From a virus (taxonomy: Duplodnaviria > Caudoviricetes), in IMG/VR virus record IMGVR_UViG_3300037780_000029, positions 1 to 44,890 of that record: DNA of 44,890 nucleotides, one strand, 5' to 3'. A model generated the notes under the pieces. The model worked only from the letters and a program-made list of their open reading frames with translations, did not search any database and was not told the DNA's origin. The position numbers and the translations under genes were made by a program. Numbering within the stretch: position 1 is the first letter of the stretch; the number at the start of each line of letters is the position of its first letter. Positions 9,473 through 21,100 of this stretch are shown here, piece by piece.

Positions 9473-9912
9473 TTGAGAGTTTGGAAAGAGTAATGAAGGG
9501 AATGAAGGAATGGCAGGATAATGTTGAGGAGATCATAATTGATCTGGCGAAGAATGAGGAGATTTTGATTGAGGCGATGAATACGCAGGATCAAATGTAT
9601 ACTCAGGGGATTCGGGCTGATGGAAATGATATCAGACCAAAATACACGGCATTCACCAAGGTGATTAAAAGGCAGAAAGGACAGCCTACCAACCGAGTCA
9701 CATTGAGAGATACCGGGGCTTTTCATAAAAGCGTTGGAGTGAAATGGGGGAGAAAGGAGTTTAAGTTGGTGGCTGGAGATATGAAAGTGATTGATTTGGT
9801 GAGGAAGTATGGGCCGGAGATATTGGGTTTGACTCAAAAAAATGTGGGAGTGTTGGGTGGGGTGATAAAGCCGCAGGCAATAAAGAGGTTTAAAAAGATG
9901 ATCAATGGGTAA
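9469..9912 (+). CDS. Neck/tail-completion protein (putative)
   Basis: Basic 147 aa with Y...T...K..KGQP.NRVTLRDTG motif typical of phage neck/morphogenesis proteins. Confidence 0.6.
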   Translation: MIESLERVMKGMKEWQDNVEEIIIDLAKNEEILIEAMNTQDQMYTQGIRADGNDIRPKYTAFTKVIKRQKGQPTNRVTLRDTGAFHKSVGVKWGRKEFKLVAGDMKVIDLVRKYGPEILGLTQKNVGVLGGVIKPQAIKRFKKMING

Positions 9913-10477
9913 GATATCGAACAGAAGTGCTTTTATACCGGATGATCCGGAGATGCTGGATTATGTATGTGTAGAGATCAGAGAGAGATTGTTGGAGAAA
10001 TTATTGTGGATTGATGAGGGGTATTTGTTGGCGGAAATGAGAGTGAGGCAGAACAGTATTGGTGAAGTATCTTACCCGGGAGTGTTGAATGGCGGGATGG
10101 AATATTTGAGCATGTTTCCGGATACTCATTTGGGGAATTACTTTTATTTCATCAATGATGATCCGTTGGAGATCGAGTATGGTGTGACGGTGAGTAAGAT
10201 TGTGAATGAGATTGGATTGGTGGTGTTCTTTGATTACCGGAGTGTATGGAGTTCAGGATGGGAAGAGAAAAGCATCCAAAATATGATGAGAGTGTTTTTG
10301 GATTTTTTTCAAACGGAATTCTTTAGCCGGTCAAGGGTAAGGCCATTAAGGTTTAGGACATCTGCAGGAGATATTTATGAGGGTTTTGATAGCCAGGAAA
10401 TAAAGCGGCAGTTTCTGATGAAGCCGTTTGGAGCTTTGAGAATTGATTTAGAGTTATCGTATTATCCAAAATGCTGA
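9905..10477 (+). CDS. Tail terminator-like structural protein (putative)
   Basis: Size and synteny between neck gene and tail chaperone. Confidence 0.45.
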   Translation: MGKISNRSAFIPDDPEMLDYVCVEIRERLLEKLLWIDEGYLLAEMRVRQNSIGEVSYPGVLNGGMEYLSMFPDTHLGNYFYFINDDPLEIEYGVTVSKIVNEIGLVVFFDYRSVWSSGWEEKSIQNMMRVFLDFFQTEFFSRSRVRPLRFRTSAGDIYEGFDSQEIKRQFLMKPFGALRIDLELSYYPKC

Positions 10478-10480
10478 GAA

Positions 10481-10939
10481 ATGAAAGGAAAGATAGGAAG
10501 GAATGAGATTGAGGTTTATGATTCGAGTGATAAAATGCCAATGGCTGTTTTTCAACGGTTCAATCTTTATGTGGCGATAGATGCCAACATAGGAGGAGAC
10601 ATGGATGCCGTCTACCGAAGGATGAGCAGGATGAGGGGCTTTTTTGAGATCGGCAAGAATAAGGAAGGATTAGGCGAATTGGATAACATGATGCAGGCTT
10701 TGGTATTTGTGATCACCAAAAACAATCCGGAGATGATGAGTTTTGCATCATTGGTGTATAAAGTAAATGGGGTGCCAGTGAGAGTGAGGAGCGAAGAGGA
10801 AGTATTGGAAATGGTGGAGAGGTTGAAAGAAATGGGGATGACAATGGGGCAGATGCGGAAAATGTTAAAAGCTGTAAAAAAAAAATTGATGATGAATTTG
10901 CCATTTTCTTCCCTGAAAAGAGAGAGAGTGCAAGAATAA
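10481..10939 (+). CDS. Tail assembly chaperone (lambda gpG-like)
   Basis: Upstream of tape measure; contains an A10 slippery run near its 3' end. Confidence 0.7.
   Translation: MKGKIGRNEIEVYDSSDKMPMAVFQRFNLYVAIDANIGGDMDAVYRRMSRMRGFFEIGKNKEGLGELDNMMQALVFVITKNNPEMMSFASLVYKVNGVPVRVRSEEEVLEMVERLKEMGMTMGQMRKMLKAVKKKLMMNLPFSSLKRERVQE
10876..10885 (+). promoter_or_regulatory. Programmed -1 frameshift site
   Basis: GTA AAA AAA AAA TTG; the -1 frame (ATT GAT GAT GAA TTT...) is open to 11247. Confidence 0.75.
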
Positions 10940-11247
10940 AAACGGAGGTATCAACAGTAAAGGAATGGGTGCTTTTGATGATACGGAATGTAAAAGGAGA
11001 GGATGTTAAGGAAGAGTTGAAAATGGCGCATGAGAGGATGTTGATGATGGTGAAGCCGGTGAATTTTAGTGGGAGTGATGGAGAGGAGGCAAAAGCGATT
11101 TTGAATTTTGAGGATTTGTGTTTGGTGATTGGAGAACAGATGGGGAGAGATGCGAAGGAGATGACGGTGATGGAGTTTTACCGGGCGTATGATCTGATTG
11201 AGAAGAGAATGAAAAGGAATGAGAAAGGGGGAAAGGGAGTAAAATAA
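10885..11247 (+). CDS. Frameshift extension of tail chaperone (gpGT-like)
   Basis: -1 frame reads IDDEFAIFFPEKRES...EWVLLMIRN, in frame with ORF 10969-11247; MTVMEFY motif. Confidence 0.7.
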   Translation: MDDEFAIFFPEKRESARIKTEVSTVKEWVLLMIRNVKGEDVKEELKMAHERMLMMVKPVNFSGSDGEEAKAILNFEDLCLVIGEQMGRDAKEMTVMEFYRAYDLIEKRMKRNEKGGKGVK

Positions 11248-11254
11248 AGCTGTT

Positions 11255-13999
11255 ATGAATCCGATTAAGGCAAGTGATATTTACCAGGATGATGGGGCGA
11301 TCTCCAAAGGGATCGAGCAGCTTGGTTTATTGGGGAAAGAGATAAAAAAGATCCACGGTGTTTTGTCAGACCTTGAAAAGGTTGTGAGCAAGTCAAATGT
11401 GGCTCAGGAATCAGGGAGGGATGAAGTGATGAAGGCGGCAAAGGAGGTTGACCGGTTGGCGAAAGAGGAGGAGAAATTAAGAAAAGCGTATAGTGATCAG
11501 GAAAAGGAGATAGCGAAACTGAGAGAGGAGCGAAAGAAGATCAACCGGCAGACTCGGAATGAGATCAAATTGGCGAATTCCGCAAAGGGTAGTTATGATG
11601 AATTATCTGCTCAGTATTCATTGAATAAACAGAGGTTAAATGCGATGAGCCGGGAGCAGAGAAAAGCCGCGGAAGCCAGTGAGGGGCTTGTGACTCAGAC
11701 TAGGAAGATTTATGAAGAGATGAAGGAGTTACAGAAAGAGACTGGTAAGACTGCGTTGAATGTGGGGAATTACAAAGATGCTGTCAAGGAAGGAATAAGC
11801 GAGACTTTTGGTTTGGGGAATGCGATGGAGTTGATCAGCAAAACTCCTTTATTAGCGGTGTTGGGGTTGTTGTTTGTCGGATTGAGAACTTTGTATGATG
11901 CATTCCGTCAGTCGGAAGAGGGAGCGATTTTATTGGAAAGAGCGGGGAGTGTTTTAAATGGCATCTTTGGGATATTGGTGAAGAGTATGAACACGTTAGC
12001 CGGAGGGTTAAATGATTTGTTCACTGATCCAAAGCAGGCGTTAAGTGATTTCGGTGATTCATTTAAAGAATTTATTATTGACCGCTTTAATGTAGCGGTA
12101 GGGATATTTAAAGGATTCGGCACATTAGTGAGAGGAGTTTTCACGAGAGATTTGGAATTGATAAATAAGGGGGCAAGGGAGGCAGGAGATGGCATATTGG
12201 AGATGTACACGGGGTTAGATTCCGGAGAGAGAAAAGAGTTTGATGAGAACCTTCGCAGGACGAGAGAGGAGTTTGATGCGTTGGCGTTGTCTATCCGGGC
12301 GAACCGGCAGGAAAACCGGGAATTGACTAAGGCTCTTCAATCGGTTATCACGGAAGAGGAGAGGTTGAGGTTTATTGTTGAAGATTCTACGTTGTCATTT
12401 AAAGAGAGAAGAGAGGCGAGTGAAGCGGCATTTGAGGCGACTGAGCAGCGGGCAGGTTTAGAGGTTCAGATTGCGCAAAACAATCTGGATGTAATAAACC
12501 AGGAGATTCAATTGAAGAAAGCGCAGGGGCGGGAGATTGAAGATTTGAAAGACCGGCAGGTCGAGGCTTTTGTTGCGCTGGCTGAAGCGAATAGGGAATA
12601 TACTATGACGGTTCAGGAAAATAGCCGGAGCCGGCGGATGTTGATTCAAGATGAGAGAGAGATCAATTTGGACATATTGATTGATCTCTTTGACAATCAG
12701 AAAACGATCAATGAGAGATTGATTGCTGATGAAACAAAGACGGCGGAGGAGAGGAGAGCTTTATTGGATGAAACACGGCGATTGTCTGACCTTTCATTTC
12801 GGGAGCAGGTGGAGAATTTGCAAGCTCAGGCAAAGGAATATATTGACATTAATGCGCTGATCAATGAAAGCGATGCCACTAGATTGGTTCAGGAAATTGC
12901 TGCCTTGGATTTGTCGGAGATCAACAAAACTAGATTGATTGAGATCATCAAAGAGAGGAGGTTGGCAGTATTGGATTTGAATGAAGCGGAAAGGGATTTG
13001 AAAAAGACTATTGAGGAGAGCCGTGGTACTGTCTCCCAAAGCCTTGATCCGTTATTGTTGCCGATCGAACAGGCAAAGGATTCAATGAAAGATATTAGTG
13101 ATGTTGTGGGGGAAATGTCAAGCGGAGAAGGGATCAGGCAGGGAGAGGGTGGATTGTTGAGCCAATTGGGATTGGAGTTTGGTGATAAGGAAAAAGAAGC
13201 GTTGGGGAGTGCGGTGGATTTCGCAAAGCAGAAAATCAGTGAGCTTGCGGCTGCCAGAGTTCAGGCATCAGAGGAAGCTGTGAGGGCCAGTGAAAGAGAG
13301 GTGACGAGTGCGGAAAGAGCGTTACAGGCGGAGATCGCAAAGTCAGAGCAGGGATTGGCGGCAAATATCGAGGCGAGACAAGAGGATTTGAAGGATGCGG
13401 AGAGTAATCAAAAGGAAGCGTTGAAGAACCGGCAGAGGGCGCAGAGAGCGCAATTGGCCATTGATTCTGTTACTCAGGCGAGCAGTTTAATAACGGCGGC
13501 TGCAAAGATTTTCAAAGACGTTAAATTCCCTTTCAACCTTGCGGCGATTGGATTGATGTTTGGATCATTTGCGGCTGCTAAGGTGAGAGCGTTTCAGGCT
13601 ACCAAATTGTTCTCAAAGGGTGGTTTGGAGTTTTTGGATTATGGTGGTAGTCATGCATCGGGAAATGATATTTATGTGGGGCATGATGGAAGAGGTTCAG
13701 AATTGAGGGCTGAGAAAAATGAAGCGTTGGCGGTATTCAATCCGGGAGCAACCAGGAAATACCGAAGTATTCTGCCTGAGATTGTGGATAGTTTAAACAA
13801 AGGCGTGTTTGAGAATAACTTTGGGAATATGAGTGAGATGGCAATGCATTGGGGAGTTGGATCAGGTGTGAGCGTTGATACATCGAGAATGGAAAGCCAT
13901 TTGTATCATATCCGGAAGAATGGAGGGCAGAAAATGGGAGTTGATGGAAAAGGTAGGAGCTTTGAAATTAGAGGGAATAAAAAAAGAATTTACGTGTAA
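11255..13999 (+). CDS. Tape measure protein
   Basis: 914 aa, helical/coiled coil, NVGNY motif, hydrophobic segments, follows the chaperone pair. Confidence 0.85.
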   Translation: MNPIKASDIYQDDGAISKGIEQLGLLGKEIKKIHGVLSDLEKVVSKSNVAQESGRDEVMKAAKEVDRLAKEEEKLRKAYSDQEKEIAKLREERKKINRQTRNEIKLANSAKGSYDELSAQYSLNKQRLNAMSREQRKAAEASEGLVTQTRKIYEEMKELQKETGKTALNVGNYKDAVKEGISETFGLGNAMELISKTPLLAVLGLLFVGLRTLYDAFRQSEEGAILLERAGSVLNGIFGILVKSMNTLAGGLNDLFTDPKQALSDFGDSFKEFIIDRFNVAVGIFKGFGTLVRGVFTRDLELINKGAREAGDGILEMYTGLDSGERKEFDENLRRTREEFDALALSIRANRQENRELTKALQSVITEEERLRFIVEDSTLSFKERREASEAAFEATEQRAGLEVQIAQNNLDVINQEIQLKKAQGREIEDLKDRQVEAFVALAEANREYTMTVQENSRSRRMLIQDEREINLDILIDLFDNQKTINERLIADETKTAEERRALLDETRRLSDLSFREQVENLQAQAKEYIDINALINESDATRLVQEIAALDLSEINKTRLIEIIKERRLAVLDLNEAERDLKKTIEESRGTVSQSLDPLLLPIEQAKDSMKDISDVVGEMSSGEGIRQGEGGLLSQLGLEFGDKEKEALGSAVDFAKQKISELAAARVQASEEAVRASEREVTSAERALQAEIAKSEQGLAANIEARQEDLKDAESNQKEALKNRQRAQRAQLAIDSVTQASSLITAAAKIFKDVKFPFNLAAIGLMFGSFAAAKVRAFQATKLFSKGGLEFLDYGGSHASGNDIYVGHDGRGSELRAEKNEALAVFNPGATRKYRSILPEIVDSLNKGVFENNFGNMSEMAMHWGVGSGVSVDTSRMESHLYHIRKNGGQKMGVDGKGRSFEIRGNKKRIYV

Positions 14000-16194
14000 T
14001 GAGTTGCAATCCTATATACCGTTTTGAGATTATATCAGGGGACACAGTTTATGAGGTGTCACCGGATTATGATGATGAGTTGGCGAAATTATTGGAGAGA
14101 GCTGATGGAGGTGATCACTTCACAGATAGCCTTAGTGGTGCGTTGACTTTTGTTCGGGATGATTATGATTTGATTATGGGGTTTGATCCGAATGAGGTGC
14201 TGTTTTTCAATATCTATATCAAATACCCATTTGAGGAAGAGTTTGAATTGTTTTTCAAAGGGAGGTTTTCTAAATCAGATACCACGGTGGATGATGATGA
14301 GAAAAATGTGGAGGTTAAGGTGGAGAGCAATTCAGGGACTCAGCAGGTGTTGAATGGGCTGAATAGGGAGTATAATTTGGTGGACATAGCGCCGGAAACA
14401 TCTGCAATCCGGTACACGGTTCAACCTATTTTGCAGGTTTATGTAAGTGGGGCGAGCTTCATAAATAATTACATCAATGGCACCAATTCTGAGGTGCCGG
14501 TTTTGCGGCCTAGTGGATCAGGTTCGCCGTATAATGAAACGGAGTTATTGGATGATTACAAATTTAGTGTGACAACGGTTGGAACGATTGCAATCATACC
14601 TCATTATCCGGGAATGCCGGTGGATGTGTCAGGGACGTATTTATTTGATACGGCTACCAATAATGGATTTACCCGGGATGATGGAGTGTACCGGTTTGCG
14701 CGCATTAGTGGGCGGTGGAGGATTCGGAGTATATCAAATGGGGAGGATATCTATCAAACGGACCCGGTGCCATTTGGTACATCGATATTTAATGATAATG
14801 ATTTTGAGCAAGGTGTGCCGTTGTCTCCGGTAGGTTTTAATGGCCCGGACATATATGGATTCCAGCTAAAGATATACAGCCGGTTGATATCACCGGTAGA
14901 GGTATTGAATGGAGTCCAGGGTGAGGAGTTGCCAGAGGATGATATTGCACCGAGTTCTGATGTTTACCGATGGGTGATACCGGAGGCTAATGTGCCAACT
15001 ATTGTTTTGAGCTCAGAATTTAGTGATGATCCTACCAGGTGGGGGAAATATGCCAGTGATGCGGTTGGTTTATCAGGAAGGTACTTTAAAGAGCCGGTTG
15101 GTGGAGCACCTTCCGGAGCAATTGATAAACCGTTTGCAGTGAGTCCTGCGGAGTGGAAATATTATAGTGTATGGTTTTACTATCCGGAGGACCTTGCGGG
15201 AGCTTATGGAGTTGGTCAAGTTATCGGAGTGAATGATGGATATCAGTTACATGATGCGATAAGTTCTATTTTAAAGCAGTTTACGGATGAGGTTAAATTT
15301 GACAACACGCCGGAGTATTCGGATTTTTTTTATGGGGATAACAATCCAGTGAGAGGAGTGAGAAAGTACCCGGTGATTGTGCCTAAATCAAACATCTTAG
15401 AGGGAGAGTATGAAAGGGCGGCAACGAGAGCGGAAATCAGGTTGCGGGACATTATGGAGTTGATTGAAAATTTCCACAATTGCTCATGGTTTGTTGATGA
15501 GGAAAACAGATTGAGAATTGAGCATAAATCATTCTTTGAAAATGGGAGCGATTATGTGAGCGGGAATGTTGAGGTGGATTTGACGATGTTGGTTGATCCA
15601 CAGACAGGATTGCCATGGACGCATGGCACTAATGCCTGGACATATTCAAAGGAAGAGATACCGGTGAGAATGGAGTTCTCTATGATGGATAAAATGAGTA
15701 GGGCATTTGAAGGGTATGCAATTGAATCTACATCACCGTATGCTCAACAGGATCAAATTGAGCCTAAAGAGATCGGAAAGTTTACATCTGATGTGGACTA
15801 TATGTATGGGAACCCGTCAGAGATCAGCCCAAGAGGTTTTGGGTTCTTTGAGGCGGTGTTGGACCCCGGTGGATTCATTGCGCCGTTTGTTGATATCGAA
15901 TTGGATAATGGGGAGAGCTTCAGGTTGCAAAATGGATTTGCATCATTTATTTATGCGCATGAGCAATATTTTAAATCAGGTATGCCTTTTCAAAAATTGA
16001 TCATCAACAGAGTGGAGGTTGACATTGGTGGTGGTCAGAAAGCAAGGAGGCAAGAATTGGAATTTGCGTATAATAAGAAATTGACCGGTTTGGGGTTGAT
16101 CCGGAGTGGATTGGGAGATGGGATTGTGAAGAGATTAGAAATCAATTTGTCCACGTTGAATATCAAAACCACTTTAGCTCATGACATTATCTAA
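13999..16194 (+). CDS. Tail tip/hub protein (putative)
   Basis: 731 aa acidic beta-rich ORF translationally coupled to tape measure (TAATG). Confidence 0.65.
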   Translation: MSCNPIYRFEIISGDTVYEVSPDYDDELAKLLERADGGDHFTDSLSGALTFVRDDYDLIMGFDPNEVLFFNIYIKYPFEEEFELFFKGRFSKSDTTVDDDEKNVEVKVESNSGTQQVLNGLNREYNLVDIAPETSAIRYTVQPILQVYVSGASFINNYINGTNSEVPVLRPSGSGSPYNETELLDDYKFSVTTVGTIAIIPHYPGMPVDVSGTYLFDTATNNGFTRDDGVYRFARISGRWRIRSISNGEDIYQTDPVPFGTSIFNDNDFEQGVPLSPVGFNGPDIYGFQLKIYSRLISPVEVLNGVQGEELPEDDIAPSSDVYRWVIPEANVPTIVLSSEFSDDPTRWGKYASDAVGLSGRYFKEPVGGAPSGAIDKPFAVSPAEWKYYSVWFYYPEDLAGAYGVGQVIGVNDGYQLHDAISSILKQFTDEVKFDNTPEYSDFFYGDNNPVRGVRKYPVIVPKSNILEGEYERAATRAEIRLRDIMELIENFHNCSWFVDEENRLRIEHKSFFENGSDYVSGNVEVDLTMLVDPQTGLPWTHGTNAWTYSKEEIPVRMEFSMMDKMSRAFEGYAIESTSPYAQQDQIEPKEIGKFTSDVDYMYGNPSEISPRGFGFFEAVLDPGGFIAPFVDIELDNGESFRLQNGFASFIYAHEQYFKSGMPFQKLIINRVEVDIGGGQKARRQELEFAYNKKLTGLGLIRSGLGDGIVKRLEINLSTLNIKTTLAHDII

Positions 16195-17578
16195 GTATAC
16201 AGGGCTTGTTTTTCATACTTCTCTTTCTGATCAGTTGAGGAATGTTTGGTACTCGTATGGTAGAGGGTTTGATCAGCCATGCCCGCAGAGCAAGGTTCTG
16301 CCATTTCAGATTGTGAGAGAGGCGAGTGGGGCAGCAATATCTGAGCTGGTATTGGTGAGAGTGAGTGATGGTGTTGAGGCAGATGTTTTGAGTGAGATGA
16401 GTTTGAGTGGATTGGAAGTGGTGGACAATGAGGATGGAACGGAGAATATAATTTACCCGGGGACACTAGATTTATCTTATGATTCATTGGGTGGGCATTA
16501 TATTCGGATGAGTGATGGGAGCAATGTGTGGTACAGTGATGAGTTTTGTTTTTTGGACAGGTTGGTTGATTTAATCCGGATTGATTATTTCCATTTACAG
16601 GAGAAATTCTGCATACCAGGAGGAGCTTTGATTTACCGAGCGCCGTATAAAGGGCAAATTTATCTCAGGACGGACATAGCTAAGCCAGGATATGGTTATG
16701 AGGAGAAAGTGGTGGAGAGGTTGGGAAGGGTTAAAAAGTTGGTGCAGGTGAGCTTTAAACGGCATCGGTTTAATGTGGTGCTGCCGGAGCATTTGATTGA
16801 TGTGATGAGGTTGGTGCAGTTACATGATGTAGTTGAGATTTTTGTGTACCGGAATGAGAGGACATATGAAGTGGATGAGTTAGAAATGAATGATCCGGAA
16901 TGGACTGAGTTTGGAGATGTGGCAAGTGTGACGTTTGAATTTAAAACAGACACGGTGGTGGTGGTAGGTGGTCACCCGGTAGATAGTAACAGCTATGTGG
17001 TGGAGCCATCGGATTGCATCCCGGTTAACTATAAAGCGGTGGGAGATTTGGTAGCCAACACAAAACTGTACAATAATGGGCAGTATCTAGATAGTGGAAA
17101 TGTGGTGAGAAGTTTGGAGGAGGATGATTATGTGGTGGTGCAAAATCTATCATTGGATTTTGTATTGGAGCAGTGGAATGGATCAGGGTTTGACAGTGTG
17201 GCATTAGTGGATGGGGATGTGGTGTTTTCTCCGGATGATCAATATTGGATTGCGAGTGGAGGGGTGTTGGTTAAGCCTCGAATTACATCGTATGATGATT
17301 TGACAAACACGGTGGAAGGAATTGCAATACCTGGAGTATTAACCAAGCTGTGGGCGGTTACCGATTCAGGGAATGAATTCGTGGGAGCATACACGGATAG
17401 TGAATTGAGTGGTGGTGTGGTGGTGAGTTTACCAGTGGGAACGAATTATTTATTCTTAGAAGCTCAGAGCTCAGCGTGTGGGGCGTTTGCAAAAAGTAAC
17501 CTATTCCGAATAGGCGGAACGCCGGCGCAGGAGGGAATTGATTTTTGGGCAATTGGGGATGATTTTATCATTCAGTAA
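16181..17578 (+). CDS. Tail structural protein (putative)
   Basis: LPFQI motif, beta-rich, C-terminal GIDFWAIGDDFII motif; tail synteny. Confidence 0.6.
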   Translation: MTLSKYTGLVFHTSLSDQLRNVWYSYGRGFDQPCPQSKVLPFQIVREASGAAISELVLVRVSDGVEADVLSEMSLSGLEVVDNEDGTENIIYPGTLDLSYDSLGGHYIRMSDGSNVWYSDEFCFLDRLVDLIRIDYFHLQEKFCIPGGALIYRAPYKGQIYLRTDIAKPGYGYEEKVVERLGRVKKLVQVSFKRHRFNVVLPEHLIDVMRLVQLHDVVEIFVYRNERTYEVDELEMNDPEWTEFGDVASVTFEFKTDTVVVVGGHPVDSNSYVVEPSDCIPVNYKAVGDLVANTKLYNNGQYLDSGNVVRSLEEDDYVVVQNLSLDFVLEQWNGSGFDSVALVDGDVVFSPDDQYWIASGGVLVKPRITSYDDLTNTVEGIAIPGVLTKLWAVTDSGNEFVGAYTDSELSGGVVVSLPVGTNYLFLEAQSSACGAFAKSNLFRIGGTPAQEGIDFWAIGDDFIIQ

Positions 17579-17589
17579 ACAGTGAAATT

Positions 17590-18141
17590 ATGGCTCAGGT
17601 AAGCAGAACAGTAGCAAAAACTTATTTCGAAACGAATGACAAGCCGACTCAGCAACAGTTTGCAGACTTCATTGATTCGGCTGCATGGTATGATGAGATA
17701 CCATCCGGAGGAGGAGCAAGTGGTGGGCCAGCATCGGAGGCGTTTGGGTTTACTGCAGGATCGCCACAGCCCGGAGGAATTAACCCTAACGGTACTGTGA
17801 TGTATTGGGGCGATGTTCCTGTAATAACGAACCCATCAAATGGCTTGTTTGTGGTCACGTTTGGGGCAAATAGTACACCTCATTCCTTCCGGATTGCGTT
17901 GGACAGTGGAAGTATGAGCGGTGGTGCCGCTACGGTGAGATTTGTTTTACCTGGAAAGTTTATCAGCAGCGTAATTAAGGTAAAGAGAGCGGATGGGAGC
18001 AATAAAGTTCTTTTTGATTTGGAGGGGGAAAATGTGAGTGTGAATGAAGCGGTAACGGTTGGACAGACCAATATTGTTTTTAATAATCTGAACAACATTA
18101 ATAAAGTTGAAATCACAATAAATCTAACGACATGGGAATGA
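17590..18141 (+). CDS. Short tail fibre/adaptor protein (putative)
   Basis: N-terminal KTYFETNDKPTQQQFADFIDS resembles an anchor motif recalled from Bacteroidota tail fibres; Gly linker then beta domain. Confidence 0.55.
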   Translation: MAQVSRTVAKTYFETNDKPTQQQFADFIDSAAWYDEIPSGGGASGGPASEAFGFTAGSPQPGGINPNGTVMYWGDVPVITNPSNGLFVVTFGANSTPHSFRIALDSGSMSGGAATVRFVLPGKFISSVIKVKRADGSNKVLFDLEGENVSVNEAVTVGQTNIVFNNLNNINKVEITINLTTWE

Positions 18142-21100
18142 GAAATTTTTTGATATCGGTAATGGTCTTTGTACCTATTCTTTTGATAGGTCAGATAAAA
18201 AAAGAATTTGTTGGAATCTGCATTTTTGAGAATTTCACCAATACCAGCGGTGAGCAGCATCGAGGGGATTTGTTGAATTTTGTAGACAGATACAATCAAG
18301 GAATTTCGGTGAAAAACATTTTGCCGGGAGATGAGATAATGGACGGCTCCGGTGATCTGTATGAGGTGATAACCATCCACAGTACGCCGAGTAATTTTGA
18401 GGCTGATATCACGGTGGAGAGCCGTGTGGCTGGCAAGCCATCTCCTGCAGGAACTGGACAAGTACACCGGCCAACTGATCAAGGGATCATACCAGTGGGA
18501 TCAGTTGAGGACCAGGGATTGAGTAATGTGAGCAAAGGGTTGATTGATATGAACAATGTTTTGCGGCTTGATAGTCTGTTGAGAGAGATTGAGAATGGAG
18601 ATAGTATCACATTGATGGATTATGCAAATGACAGCCTATTTATCACAATGGAAAGTGGTTTGGTGCATGCGGTGAGATTGGGTATTGATAGTTTGCATGA
18701 GTACCAAGAGAGTCGAATTGATTCTTTGAAAGGTAATGAGATAGACACACTTATTGGAGGAGAACATGTGGTGATCTCAAATGTGGATGGAGTGTATACA
18801 ATTGATTTGGGAGATATTGGCCCAATGACGGATGATCAGACCGCGGGAGAGGTGTGGTATAATGATAGTTACCTGCCATTGAATGTGAATGATGTGCAGG
18901 AGGCTATTGATTCGCTAAAGAGAAAGTTTGATGAAGCTCCACCAGGAGGAGGAGGAACCGATGATCAAACAGCGTTAGAGGTGCCGTATGATAACAGCTC
19001 TTCCGGGCTTGCGGCAACAGAAGTGCAAACCGCTATTGATTTATTAGAGAATGAAATTGATGCGGTAAGCTCAGGAGCTTCGGATGGGGTGTTGACGGCG
19101 GTGAGCCTGGATGTGGCAAATAATGAATTGGATTACACGGTGGCATCTCCGGGCAGTAACTTTTCGGGATCATTGATAGGGATAGAAAATTTATCCGGAT
19201 TCAATGGATGGGACACGGATGAGAGCGATGATTTTAGTGGGAATTATGTTGATTTGAATTTCACGGGGACCACGGGGATGAGTGATGGTGTGGATAATGT
19301 GGATGATGCGGATAATGATCCGGCGAATGAGATTCAGGGGATCACCTGGAATAATGGAACGCGGGAATTGACTCTATCCGATGGAGGAGGAAGTGTAACG
19401 ATCATTGATGAGGTAGATGATGCTGATTCTGATGCTTCAAATGAATTACAGACATTGAGTTGGAGTGCCGGTGTAGGGGGAAATGATCAAATTACATTGA
19501 GTGATGGAGGTGGGACAATCACAATAACCGATAATACCGGCACTGATGATCAGGATGCGAGTGAGGTGCCATATGACAACAGCTCTTCCGGGCTTGCGGC
19601 AAGTGATGTGCAGATTGCCATTGATTTATTGGAGGATGAAATTGATGCGGTAAGTTCAGGAGCTGCGGATGGGGTTGCAACGGGAGGAACTTTGGATGTT
19701 GCAAATGAGGAGATTGATGTTGTGGTGGCATCTCCGGGCAGCAACTTTTCAATTGATTTAGGGTTATTGCCAACGTTATCCGGATTTAGTGGATGGGATA
19801 TGAATGAGGCTGATGATTTTACAGGGAATTATGTTGATTTGATCTTTGCGGGGACTACGGGGCTAAGTGATGGAGTGGATGATGTGGATGATGCGGATAG
19901 TGATCCCACAAATGAATTGCAGACAATCTTTAAAGTTGGCTCTACGGTCACGTTATCCAATGGCGGAGGGAGTTTTACGGATGCGGTAAACGATGCTGAT
20001 GCAAGTATAGCAAATGAGTTACAGGTTTTTTCGTGGACCCCGGGAACAAATGGAAATGATGAGATCACATTGAGCCTGGGAGGAGGAACGGTTACAATAA
20101 CGGATAATGTAGATGATGCTGACAATGATCCGGCGAATGAGATTCAGGGGATCACCTGGAATGATGGTACACGGGAACTGACTCTTTCCGATGGAGGAGG
20201 AACAGTGACGATCACCGGAGGAGGAAGGGATGCCGGTAATGCCATGACATTGAGTGGAAATGAGATGGATTTGGGAGGTATTATGGATGCAGATATTGAT
20301 ATTAATGATGGATCAAATGCATTCAATTTTTCCTTAACGGATATCAATGTTTTTGAAAGCATTGCTGATACCAATGTTCTGAACAGTAATACCATCTTAA
20401 TGGGAGATGTGAATGGAATTTCAGGTATTGATATATGGATGCCGAATACATTCAATGATTTTCGAGGTAGCACGAATTTGAGATTGTATGCAGATGCAAG
20501 TGTTTTTCTGAGCAGTGGTAGTTCTTTTTTGACCGTCGATGGGAACAATAGTTTGGTGTCATTGAATGGAGTTTGCACGATTGATTTATTTGGGCATGTA
20601 CGAGTTGGAAATACAAACGGGACGGGAGATTTTGGAGAAATAGCCGTTAATCAATTAGATACTACATTGATGATTTCAGATGGCACGCAATGGCTGCCAG
20701 CCAATAGAGTCGTAGGTGGAGGAGGAACATTAACGCAGGAGCAAGTACAGGATTTTGTAGGGCCTATGCTGCCGAATGGAAGCCACAGTGATGGGTTTTC
20801 ATTTAATTATGATGATCCGAATGGAGAGATTGATTTAACGGTGGACACTGATGAGATAAATGTGGGGTTTGTCCCTAATAATTATAGCCGGACTACCGGT
20901 GTCAATTACCCAAACACTGTTGATTTGGGTGCTCATTTGGATGGTATTGATAGGGAGTTTGACACGGTAACTCCAAATACGCCTTTGACAACCACGAATG
21001 GCAGTTTTTTTGCTGGAAATGAGCCACAGGCTTTTCAGAAAATAAACATGGCGGGGTTGAGCACTGTAACCGTCACGGTGATAGGTGCAGTACCAGGAGG

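Noticed and set aside
18960-20200. Diversity-generating retroelement template/variable repeat pair
   Set aside because: Both copies are in frame in one gene, differences are not adenine-specific, and no reverse transcriptase is present
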